Assembly: GCA_965203905.1 (NCBI GenBank)
Contig: CBDBDQ010000005.1
Coordinates: 1,056,001 to 1,120,000 of the forward strand
DNA: 64,000 nucleotides
Source: Spirochaetia bacterium
GTDB lineage: Bacteria > Spirochaetota > Spirochaetia > SZUA-6 > Bin103
Direction: 5' to 3'
In this document: positions 9,214 through 20,759 of the stretch, piece after piece
Position numbering within the stretch: the stretch's first letter is position 1
Layout: each line of letters starts with the position of its first letter
The notes under the pieces: generated by a model
The model's input: the letters and a program-made list of their open reading frames with translations, nothing else
Told to the model about the DNA's origin: nothing
Database searches by the model: none
Translations under genes and position numbers: made by a program

Positions 9214-9987
9214 TCACACCTCCGCCCGGCTCAGGCGAAGGTAGGTCAGGAGCCAGAACAGCGGCCCCATGATCCCCCAGAAGAAGATCTTCGCGCTCAG
9301 GGTGATCGCCTCCTCGAGGCGCGGCGGGATGCCCAGATTCAGTGTCAGCTCGTCGAAGTGACCGGAAAGCGCCGGGAATACCGGAAACGCCGAGAACAGG
9401 AGCCACGTCAGGCCGGCGGCGAGCAGCAACAACACCAGCCACACCCCGGCTACGGCCAGGATTACCTTGATCGCGTGCCAGCGGCGGAAATAGACCGCGC
9501 CGAACAGGAACAGCGAGCTGGTCACCAGATACGCGAGGATGGCGCGCCAGACGTCGGCGTCCGGTGCGAAGATGGCATGCGAACGTCCCCAGATGAGCTG
9601 GCTGACTCCGGAGCCGAGCAGGGTCACCAGGAAGTAGCCGACCAGAGCCGCGGCGGCGTAACCGACGGTGGACATCAGCAAGCGCACGCCCCAACGCTCC
9701 AGCGTCGAGATCGGCAGCGTCAGGTAGGCGTGCGCCCGCGGCTTGTCGTGCAGATCGGCAAACAGCGTACTCGTAAACAGCAAACCACCGACGACCAGCG
9801 CCAGCGGAAAGAACGCCGCGTGAAACCCCCCGCCGAGTGCGTTGTTCGCCGACGTCACGTTGAAGGCCAGGATCAGGGCTGCCGCTGCGCCCGCCCCGAC
9901 CAGGACTGCCCGGCCCTGCTGCTGGAGATCGGCGCGCAGCGCATACCACGCTCGCGCCACCGAGATTACCTCGTTCGTGTGCATCAC
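9214..9987 (-). CDS. ABC transporter permease (6 TM)
   Basis: 257 aa, hydrophobic; YLTLPISTLER motif; sits between the ATPase and GntR. Confidence 0.8.
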   Translation of the reverse strand: MMHTNEVISVARAWYALRADLQQQGRAVLVGAGAAAALILAFNVTSANNALGGGFHAAFFPLALVVGGLLFTSTLFADLHDKPRAHAYLTLPISTLERWGVRLLMSTVGYAAAALVGYFLVTLLGSGVSQLIWGRSHAIFAPDADVWRAILAYLVTSSLFLFGAVYFRRWHAIKVILAVAGVWLVLLLLAAGLTWLLFSAFPVFPALSGHFDELTLNLGIPPRLEEAITLSAKIFFWGIMGPLFWLLTYLRLSRAEV

Positions 9988-9995
9988 AGCCTCCT

Positions 9996-10880
9996 TTAAT
10001 TCGCGGCCGCGGGGCGAAACGCCGAGGCCACGCGCCGGTGATCGGAAATCACCGAGTTGAACAACAACTCCAGGTCGACGGCCGCCTCGGCCATCGGCCC
10101 CCCGCGTGCGGCGGGCACCAGGGCACGCCCTGCGGGCGTGCCCCCGACACCGGCACCCGGCTCCACGTAGATGACATCGCCGTTGCCCGGCGAGGTCACG
10201 GCAGCAGCGTCCTGCACCGCCAGGGCGGCCGAGATCTCCTCCACCGAGTGCTGAAACACGACCTCCCCCTGCTCCAGGATCACGATCGGGTCGATCAGGT
10301 GCTCCAGGTCCCGCACCTGGTGGGTCGAGACCACGATCACGCGGTCTTCCGCCGCGGCGCCCGCCAGCAGGCGCCGGAACTGGCCCTTGGCGGGAATGTC
10401 GAGCCCGTTGGTCGGCTCGTCGAGGATCAGCAGCCGGCAGCGGCTGGCCACGGCGAAGGCGAGCAGCACCTTCTTCTTCTGGCCGTAGGACATCGCCGTC
10501 ATGCTGCGGTCCGGGTCGACCTCCAGGTCGGCCAGGTAGCGCTCCATCGCCCCGTGATCGAAACGGGGATAGAACACGCCATAGAGCCGGACCAATGCCC
10601 GCGGCGACAGAGCGGGCGTGTGAAACTCCTCCGGCACGAAGTACAGCTCGCGCAGAAACGACGGCGTGCGACGCCGGACCTGTTCGCCGCCCACGCGGGC
10701 GCTGCCCGCCTTGGGGAACAGCAGTCCCGCCATCAGCCGCAGCAGCGTCGTCTTGCCGGCACCGTTGCGACCGAGCAATCCGTACACGTTGCCGGGCGCG
10801 AGCTTCAGGTCGAGCCGGTCGAACAGCAGCTCCACCCTGCCGTATCCGAACGTGATTCCCTGCAGATCAACCATGCGCAT
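9996..10880 (-). CDS. ABC transporter ATP-binding protein (YtrB/YhcG-like)
   Basis: GRNGAGKT, MSYGQKKK, ILDEPTNGLD and STHQ motifs; GAGGAGG RBS. Confidence 0.93.
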   Translation of the reverse strand: MRMVDLQGITFGYGRVELLFDRLDLKLAPGNVYGLLGRNGAGKTTLLRLMAGLLFPKAGSARVGGEQVRRRTPSFLRELYFVPEEFHTPALSPRALVRLYGVFYPRFDHGAMERYLADLEVDPDRSMTAMSYGQKKKVLLAFAVASRCRLLILDEPTNGLDIPAKGQFRRLLAGAAAEDRVIVVSTHQVRDLEHLIDPIVILEQGEVVFQHSVEEISAALAVQDAAAVTSPGNGDVIYVEPGAGVGGTPAGRALVPAARGGPMAEAAVDLELLFNSVISDHRRVASAFRPAAAN

Positions 10881-10902
10881 CCTCCTCGGAATCGTCTGTA
10901 GT

Positions 10903-10926
10903 AGTGTACTATAATATTAGTACACT
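10903..10926. promoter_or_regulatory. Palindromic operator AGTGTACTA-N6-TAGTACACT, probable YtrA/GntR site
   Basis: Perfect 9-bp inverted repeat just upstream of the ABC ATPase RBS; the AGTGTA...TACACT arms resemble known YtrA operators. Confidence 0.8.
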
Positions 10927-11079
10927 GAGAATTTACGATGGTTTGCTGCCGCCGTCAAGCCCCCTGCGTCACAGTTTTCCGCACACCCGCGCATCGCCCA
11001 CACTGTCCACCATGCTTGACCGCCACGACTCCGACTCCGACGCCGCCGCACCCGACTAGACCGCCAGGTCACAAAACAA

Positions 11080-11108
11080 TTGACGCCGTGGTGGGGACCG
11101 ACTATATT
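11080..11108 (+). promoter_or_regulatory. Sigma70-type promoter of the suf operon (TTGACG-N17-TATATT)
   Basis: Near-consensus -35 and -10 with a 17-bp spacer, 38 bp upstream of the rrf2 ATG. Confidence 0.75.
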
Positions 11109-11110
11109 GC

Positions 11111-11135
11111 ATATGCGACCAGAAAAGTCGTATTT
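11111..11135. promoter_or_regulatory. IscR/Rrf2 type-1-like operator ATATGCGAC-N7-GTCGTATTT
   Basis: 25-bp imperfect palindrome with a GAC-N7-GTC core overlapping the predicted +1. Confidence 0.65.
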
Positions 11136-11146
11136 GGAGACGGCGG

Positions 11147-11766
11147 ATGATAAAGATCAGTCGCAAGGTGGAGTACGCGTTGATGGCGCTGCAGCACATG
11201 CGCAGCCGGCCGGCGGAACAGGTGGTTTCGACCAAGGACCTGTGCGCCACCTACCGGGTGGCGTTTCCCATCCTGTCGAAGGTGCTGCAGAACCTCGCCG
11301 CGGCGGGCGTGCTGCGTTCCGAGCAGGGCGCCCACGGCGGCTATCAGATCGCCCGCCCACTGACCGACGTCACCTTCGGCGAGCTGTCGGAGGCGGTGCT
11401 CGGACCGATGCAGTTCTCTTATTGCCTGCACCGTGACCGGGTACGCTGCCAACTCGCCGAGTGCTGCAACGTGATCTCGCCCGTCGTCCGGCTGAGCAAT
11501 CGCATCGAGGAGTTGTTCTACAGCATGAGCTTGGAAGAGTTGCTGCACGCCGAGGAACCGCAGGAGGCGGCGATCCGCGCCCGACACGGAGTGTCGGAGC
11601 GGCACGGCGTGTCGGAGCGGCACGGAGTGTCGGAGCGGCACGGCGTGTCGGAGCGGCACGGAGTGTCGGAGCGGCACGGCGTGCCGGCGCAGCACAAGGT
11701 AACGCCGTCACCCGCGGCATCGGCCGGCCACCGGAGCGCCGCGGCCGCGCCGCAGGAGCAGTTGGT

Positions 11767-11776
<10 letters not shown>
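11147..11776 (+). CDS. Rrf2 family (IscR-like) regulator with a His-containing repeat tail
   Basis: [25 protein letters not shown] and Cys cluster C-x7-C-x4-CC; heads the suf operon. Confidence 0.92.
11585..11683 (+). repeat. 18-bp coding tandem repeat CACGG(A/C)GTGTCGGAGCGG x5.5 (HGVSER)
   Basis: Five full units plus a half; GGA/GGC alternate strictly. Confidence 0.97.
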
Positions 11777-13256
<1,480 letters not shown>

Positions 13257-13257
<1 letters not shown>

Positions 13258-14039
13258 TGGTCAGGATCGACGACTTGAGCGCGGCCGTGACGGCCGACAA
13301 CGGCACCGTGATCCCGATCCTGCAGGGCATCGACCTGGAGGTGCAGGCGGGCGAGGTGCACGCCATCATGGGGCCCAACGGCTCCGGCAAGAGCACCCTG
13401 GCACGGGTGATCGGCGGCCATCCGTCGTACCAGGTGACCGGCGGCGGGGTGAGCTACGAGGTCAACCTGCGCCCGCGCGACCTGCTGGCGATGGAGCCCG
13501 ACGAGCGCGCCAAGAACGGCGTGTTCATCAGCTTCCAGTATCCGGTCGAGATCCCCGGCGTCAGCAACGCGGTGTTCCTGCGCGCCGCGTACAACGAGAT
13601 CGCGGTTTCGCAGGGCCTGCCGGAGCTCGATCCCCTCGACTTCGAGGAACTGCTGCTGGAAAAACTGCGGCTGCTGGGGATGGCGGAGGATTTTGCGGCG
13701 CGCGACGTCAACGTCGACTTCTCCGGCGGTGAGAAGAAGCGCAACGAGATCCTGCAGTTGGCGCTGCTGGCGCCGCGCCTGGCGATCCTGGACGAGACCG
13801 ACTCCGGGCTGGACATCGATGCGCTGAAGGCGGTGGCGGACGGCATCGGCAAGCTGCGCCACGCCGAGAACGCGTTCGTCCTGATCACCCACTACCAGCG
13901 CATGCTCAACTTCGTGACCCCGGACCGGGTGCACGTGATGTACGACGGCCGCATCATCCGCAGCGGCGACCGCGAGCTGGCCCTGGAGATCGAGGAGCGC
14001 GGCTACGACTGGCTGGTCAACGGGACGGCGGCACGCTGA
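13257..14039 (+). CDS. sufC: Fe-S cluster assembly ATPase SufC
   Basis: GPNGSGKST, FQYPVEIPGV, FSGGEKKRNEILQ, LDETDSGLDIDAL and ITHYQR motifs. Confidence 0.97.
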
Positions 14040-15420
14040 TGACTGAGGCAGGTGCCGTGGCCGCGCGCACCGCGGTGGCGCGGGACGCGGCAACCGGGAG
14101 CGGAAGCGTGGCGCCCTACGTGGCGCAGTTTCAGAAGCTGTACCGCGAGCACGGCGCCGGGTTGGCGGTCGATGCCGCGGACGCGGACGCGCGGGCGGCG
14201 GCGCTGGAGCAACTGGCGGCCACCGGGTTCCCGCTGCGCCACGACGAGGAGTGGGCCCACACCCCGGTGCGGCCGGTGGTGGAGCAGACCTATCGCCTGG
14301 GGCCCGCCACGGCGGGTCCGATCCTGCTCGACGGCGTGGCCGCGGCGCTGGTCGCCGGCGAACCGGTCGCCCTGGTTACGTCGAACGGCGCGGGAAGTGC
14401 CCCTGGGGCCGGGGCCGCTAACGGCACCGGAAAGCGCGAGTGGCGCACCCGGACCGCGCCAGCGGCTGCAACGCTGTTCACCCGACCCACCGGCGGTGCG
14501 TTCACCCGTTTGGCGCGCGTGTTCGGTCACCGCCACGAGTTGCACCTGGACGCCGCCGCGGGCGCGGCACCGGTGCACCTGGTACATCTGACCGCGGCGG
14601 GGATGCTGAGCGCGCCGCGGGTGCGGATACGCATCGCCGCCGGCGCGCGCGTCACCCTGGTGGAGACCTTCACCGCGGCGGACCCGGCTGCGCCGGCGGC
14701 AGCGCCTTCCCTGGCCTGCGGCGACACCGAGATCCATCTCGGCGCCGGGGCGGTGCTGACCTACGTGCGGGTGCAGGCGGCGGCGCAGGACTCCTTCGAT
14801 CTCGGCAGCACTACCGTGGTGCAGGAGCGTGACAGCGAGTTGCACGCCGTGAGCGTGGCGGTCGGCGCCCGGCTGGCGCGCCACACCCTCAACCTGCTGG
14901 CGGCGGGTCCCGGCACCTCCAGCCGCCTCGGAGGGGCGGCCGTAGCCGGAGCGGCGCCCGCCGGGGACACTCCCGCGCCGCAACTGATCGACAACCACAC
15001 CTACCTGGAGCACGCCGCGCCTCATTGCGCCAGCCGCCAGTTGTACAAGACGGTGCTGGGCGGCCGTGGCCACGGCGTGTTCTCCGGCCGCATCCTGGTG
15101 CGGCCGGTGGCGCAGCAGACCGACGCCTTCCAGCTCAACCAGAACCTGCTGCTGGACGACGCGGTGGTGGACACCAAGCCGCAGCTCGAGATCGGCGCCG
15201 ACGACGTGCGCTGCACCCACGGCGCCACCACCGGACGCCTGAACCAGGATCAGATGTTCTACCTGCAGACCCGCGGCATCCCGCGGCCGGCGGCCGCACA
15301 GATGCTGGCGCGCGGGTTCCTGGACGAGGTGGTGGGCGACCTGCCGGCCGCCGCACTGCGCCCGCGCCTGCTGGAGCTGCTGCACCGGCGCCTGGACCGC
15401 CTGGCATGGAGTCCGACCTC

Positions 15421-15424
<4 letters not shown>
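14039..15424 (+). CDS. sufD: Fe-S cluster assembly protein SufD
   Basis: DEEWAHT, GVFSGRI, QTDAFQLNQNLLL, KPQLEIGADDVRCTHGAT and MFYLQTRGI motifs. Confidence 0.93.
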
Positions 15425-16670
<1,246 letters not shown>

Positions 16671-16674
<4 letters not shown>

Positions 16675-17135
16675 GCACGCCGACCAGCGAGCTGTACCAG
16701 CAGGTGATCCTCGATCACAACCGCGCGCCGCGCAACTGGGGCGACCTGGAGCCGCACACCCACCACGCGGAGGGGCACAACCCCCTGTGCGGCGACCGTT
16801 TCGTGGTGGCGCTGCGGCTGGCCGCGGACGGCACCATCGCCGAGATCCGCTTCCAGGGCTCCGGCTGCGCCATCTCCAAGGCGTCGGCGAGCATGATGAC
16901 CGACGCGGTGAAGGGCCACCCGCGAGCCGCGGCGGAATTGCTCTCGGAGCAGTTCCGCGGGCTGGTGACCGGCGACCTGGATCCGGCGCGCGACCCGCAT
17001 CAGCTCGGCAAGCTCAAGGTGTTCAGCGGCATCCGGCAGTTTCCGGCACGCGTCAAGTGCGCTACCCTGCCGTGGCACACCCTGCAGAGCGCCCTCGAAG
17101 GCCTGGGCCGGGCCACCACCGAGAGCAAGGAGTAA
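16671..17135 (+). CDS. sufU: SufU (NifU-family sulfur transfer/scaffold protein)
   Basis: LYQQVILDH, NPLCGD, GCAISKASAS and RVKCATLPW motifs. Confidence 0.95.
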
Positions 17136-17140
17136 GCGAC

Positions 17141-17716
17141 ATGGGCGTGGCGATACTGACCCAATTCACCCCCAACCCGAACGCGATGAAGTTCATCCTC
17201 AACCGCGACGTGAAGTCCACCGGCAAGGTGACCTTCCGCAGCGCCGAGGAGGCGACCGGCATCCCACTGGTGGAGGCGCTGTTCTCCCTGGTGGTGGTGG
17301 AGCAGGTGCACCTGTTCGAAAACGTGGTCACGGTGACCAAGATCGAGCAGGCGCCATGGGAAGATGTGGCCGACTGGGTAAAGCAGGTGCTGAACAACCA
17401 GGTCGAGGAGCACGATCCCGGCTTCGAGATCTCCGACGCCGGGAGCGGCGGGCCGGTGAGCCACGTGCGCGACGACCAGCCGCCCGAGGTCCAGCGCATC
17501 GAAGAGGTGCTGGACCGTACCGTGCGCCCCTACCTGCAGGGCGACGGCGGCGACCTGGACGTGCTGGCCTACGAGAACAACCGCGTGGTCGTGACCTACG
17601 TCGGCGCCTGCGGCACCTGCCCAGCGTCGGTGTCCGGCACCCTGCAGGCGGTCCAGAGCGTGCTGCGCGACGAAGTGAACCCCGAGATCGAAGTAGTCTC
17701 GGCGGAAGCCGGTTGA
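17141..17716 (+). CDS. Nfu-type Fe-S carrier (Nfu_N + NifU C-terminal domain)
   Basis: TPNPNAMKF and VRPYLQGDGGD...GACGTCPAS motifs. Confidence 0.92.
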   Translation: MGVAILTQFTPNPNAMKFILNRDVKSTGKVTFRSAEEATGIPLVEALFSLVVVEQVHLFENVVTVTKIEQAPWEDVADWVKQVLNNQVEEHDPGFEISDAGSGGPVSHVRDDQPPEVQRIEEVLDRTVRPYLQGDGGDLDVLAYENNRVVVTYVGACGTCPASVSGTLQAVQSVLRDEVNPEIEVVSAEAG

Positions 17717-18489
17717 GGCTAAGCAACAAACGCCCGTGTCGCATGGACGTTCTGGTTGACTACTACAACCTGTCTCAACAACAGCGACGCAGAGCGCAGC
17801 AAAACCGGCATCAGCGCTTAGTCGACGTCGTCGTCGATCGGATCGTCTCGGCTATCGTTCCAGAGCATGTAGAGGTCGATGAGGAGCGTATCGACGTTCG
17901 CCTGTATGGCGGTTGGTACGAAGATGCGAAGCGAACCCGCGATGCGCAGGAAATCGACGACGTGTTGAGCGCAGCTTACCCGGCTGCGGTTGCTGGTGAA
18001 CCGGGCCGACGAATCGTCGTAGATGTACAGCTTGCATACAGCTTGAGGTGTAATCCGGCCCATCATCTGCTACATACCCTCAGATCAAAGGTTGCCCCAC
18101 GAGGACTGGAGTTCCTCAATCCCTCTTCACTTGGCTGCAAGCTGCCCACCAATTGCCCACTACGACCTGGATACGACTTCTTTGTACGCGGCCGATGCCC
18201 TGAGCAGGCGTGCACCGTAACTGGACCGCTCGTCATTCGGCGCCGCGAACAAAAGCTGGTCGATACCATGTTGGCCTCAGACGTGTTCTTCAATGTGCAC
18301 GAGCGGGTCCCTCGAATTGCCGTTGTATCATCAGACGATGATCTGTGGCCGGCGATTAGCACCGCTCTTCAATTCGGAGTAGCAGTCGTCCATGTACACA
18401 CCGAAAGAGGCCGCACGACCAAGACGGATTACCTTCACGGCGGTGGTGCCCAGTATGCGCAAGTGAGTCTTCAGGAGGACCAGGTATGA
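17713..18489 (+). CDS. NYN/LabA/DUF88-like PIN-fold nuclease with a Cys-rich insertion (alternative start ATG 17743)
   Basis: VLVDYYNL, EQKLVDTMLASD and VVSSDDDLWPAI acidic motifs; C-x5-C...C-x4-C insertion; TTG overlaps the nfu TGA. Confidence 0.75.
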   Translation: MRLSNKRPCRMDVLVDYYNLSQQQRRRAQQNRHQRLVDVVVDRIVSAIVPEHVEVDEERIDVRLYGGWYEDAKRTRDAQEIDDVLSAAYPAAVAGEPGRRIVVDVQLAYSLRCNPAHHLLHTLRSKVAPRGLEFLNPSSLGCKLPTNCPLRPGYDFFVRGRCPEQACTVTGPLVIRRREQKLVDTMLASDVFFNVHERVPRIAVVSSDDDLWPAISTALQFGVAVVHVHTERGRTTKTDYLHGGGAQYAQVSLQEDQV

Positions 18490-20750
18490 CGCTTGCTGAG
18501 TTTCGCACCACCCTTGTCGCGTTCGCCGATCGACAGCCAGATCTCGACAGAGGCAAGCTGTTGGTAGAGATACGCGATGAACTGATTGAAGTGGACCTGC
18601 ACAACGAAGCCGGGGAGTTATACGTAACGGAGCAGGATACCACGATGAATGCGTCTCGCTGGATCGTGGAACGTTTAGCCCGCCTGCCGTTGCTTGCCGA
18701 CCGAATTCTGAATTATATTCAGAATGAGCAGTTCTTTATCAATCCTGCGGGGAGATTGACCGATCGCCTAGATCACGCACCCCAGGACGAAGAAACTGAC
18801 GTGGACGACGTGACCGCCCGAGTCCTGGAACTACTGAGTGAGCGTCCCGCCGGTACGGCAACGGGTCTTTACCTGACTTCCGATGCGGGCGAGGGAAAAA
18901 CCACGCTGATTCGGCATCTCGCTCGCACTCAAGCCGAGAAGTACAAACGCAAGGAGACGTACTGGCTGCTGGTCCCTATCTCGCTCGGCGGGCGAACGTT
19001 CCTGCGCTTTGATGATGTTGTCACCGGCACACTGACGAATACTCTGAGGTTTCCGTTTCTCTATTACGAGGCATTCGTGGCGCTGGTCAAAATGGGATTC
19101 GTAGTACCGGCACTGGACGGTTTCGAGGAGATGTTCGTCGAGAGTCCCGCCGGCGATGCGCATTCCGCACTTGGCAGCTTGATGAACATGCTTGACTCTT
19201 CAGGAACCGCGCTCATCGCAGCTCGGAGGGCATATTTCGAGTACAAGAGCCTATCCGTGCAGACTCCGCTATATGCGTCACTATATGCCTCGTTCGGAGA
19301 TCGCTCTGCGGAGTTCGTTCGGCTTGCTTTGCAGCGCTGGGACCAGCAGCGCTTCATTCAGTACGCCCACCTACGCGGCGTAAGCGATGGCGCAGCGTTG
19401 TTCGATGAGGTCGCGAAGCGTTTCGGCAGCGCACACCCGTTCCTTACGCGGGCCGTGTTGGTAGAGCGCTTGATGAAGATCGCCTCTGACGGCGCCGTCC
19501 GGCACGATGTAATTGACGCCATTGACGCAGACACGAAGGATTACTTGGGCGATTTCGTCCGCGCCATCGTGAACCGGGAAAGCTGCAAGTGGGTAGACAA
19601 GGCGGGTGATCCCCCTCGACCATTGCTGACAACGAATCAACACCACGAGCTTCTCGCTCACGTCGCCCTTGAGATGTGGAGCGACGAGACGGCCCTGTTG
19701 AAGGCTGAAGTTATCGACTTGGTGACCGAGATATTCGCCGAGTCGCAGCACCTGGGACCGGAGGCAACGCAGCAGATTCTGGAGCGCATTAAACAGCACG
19801 CACTCATCGTGCCTGCCGATGGCAAGTATCAGTTCGATCACGAGGAATTCTACCACTTCTTTCTTGGAATCGCAGTGGCGAATCAAGTACATAAGTCTGA
19901 CATGCCTGACCTCCGACGTGCTTTGCGTGTTGCCAGGCTACCTGAGCGTACCGTAGACACCGCCGTTGGTGTTGTTTTGCAGCACGGTGACTCTCTCTCT
20001 GCGATTAAGGTTTTGAATACGGCTTGCGCCGATCAGCCTTATGCTTCATTTGTGAAGGAGAATGCGGGGAGTATAGCGATACAATTATTGCATATGGCTC
20101 CTCTCAGAGACGAGGCCAGTCGCGTGGTAGCGCAGACGATGGCGTTTCCACTTGATGCGCTCAAGGGCCGCGACATACGCTATGCCGTATTTCAGGACTG
20201 TTATTTTCTCCGATCCGACATGGCCGGATCAGTGCTCCGAGAGTGCTCTTTTGAGAGATGCGACTTCGGACAGCTCGACCTTACGGGTGTGGCCGCGATT
20301 GAGCATACTCGCATGCACGATTGCCAATGTCACTCCGTGGTCAGGTCCGCCGACGAGAGTGCGGTCTTCAAGCCTGAAGCGATCGCAGCGGTCTTGCAGC
20401 AGCTCGGCTTTGAAGTCTCCTTCACTGCACCGCGTGTGGTAGCGCCTGTGCCAGGCTTGGTCATTCCGGAAGAGCAACTCGCCATCACAGAACGGATGTG
20501 CCGCACGTTTCTCCGCTCGACCGGCGTGAACGAATACACCCTGAAGCAGCGCCTTGGAGATCAGTCGTCCGTCTTTTTTGGCGACGTACTACCGGTTCTG
20601 CAAGAGCACGGTGTCGTAGTGGAGGTTCCGTACCTGGGAAAGGGGAAACAACATCGCTACGAGCTGGGAGTGTCGCTGGGGGCGGTGCTGGATTCAATCG
20701 AGCGGGCCGATGGAAAATTCGAGCAGTTTCTGGAGCATATCGCCAACTGA
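18486..20750 (+). CDS. NACHT/STAND NTPase with C-terminal pentapeptide repeats
   Basis: 754 aa; Walker A SDAGEGKTT, Walker B ALDGFEE, winged-helix YQFDHEEFYHFF; pentapeptides LKGRD IRYAV FQDCY FLRSD MAGSV LRECS FERCD FGQLD; ATGA overlap. Confidence 0.8.
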   Translation: MTLAEFRTTLVAFADRQPDLDRGKLLVEIRDELIEVDLHNEAGELYVTEQDTTMNASRWIVERLARLPLLADRILNYIQNEQFFINPAGRLTDRLDHAPQDEETDVDDVTARVLELLSERPAGTATGLYLTSDAGEGKTTLIRHLARTQAEKYKRKETYWLLVPISLGGRTFLRFDDVVTGTLTNTLRFPFLYYEAFVALVKMGFVVPALDGFEEMFVESPAGDAHSALGSLMNMLDSSGTALIAARRAYFEYKSLSVQTPLYASLYASFGDRSAEFVRLALQRWDQQRFIQYAHLRGVSDGAALFDEVAKRFGSAHPFLTRAVLVERLMKIASDGAVRHDVIDAIDADTKDYLGDFVRAIVNRESCKWVDKAGDPPRPLLTTNQHHELLAHVALEMWSDETALLKAEVIDLVTEIFAESQHLGPEATQQILERIKQHALIVPADGKYQFDHEEFYHFFLGIAVANQVHKSDMPDLRRALRVARLPERTVDTAVGVVLQHGDSLSAIKVLNTACADQPYASFVKENAGSIAIQLLHMAPLRDEASRVVAQTMAFPLDALKGRDIRYAVFQDCYFLRSDMAGSVLRECSFERCDFGQLDLTGVAAIEHTRMHDCQCHSVVRSADESAVFKPEAIAAVLQQLGFEVSFTAPRVVAPVPGLVIPEEQLAITERMCRTFLRSTGVNEYTLKQRLGDQSSVFFGDVLPVLQEHGVVVEVPYLGKGKQHRYELGVSLGAVLDSIERADGKFEQFLEHIAN

Positions 20751-20759
20751 CCGCCACTC

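Noticed and set aside
11585-11683. 18-bp repeats as CRISPR or iterons
   Set aside because: They are in-frame coding repeats without spacers.
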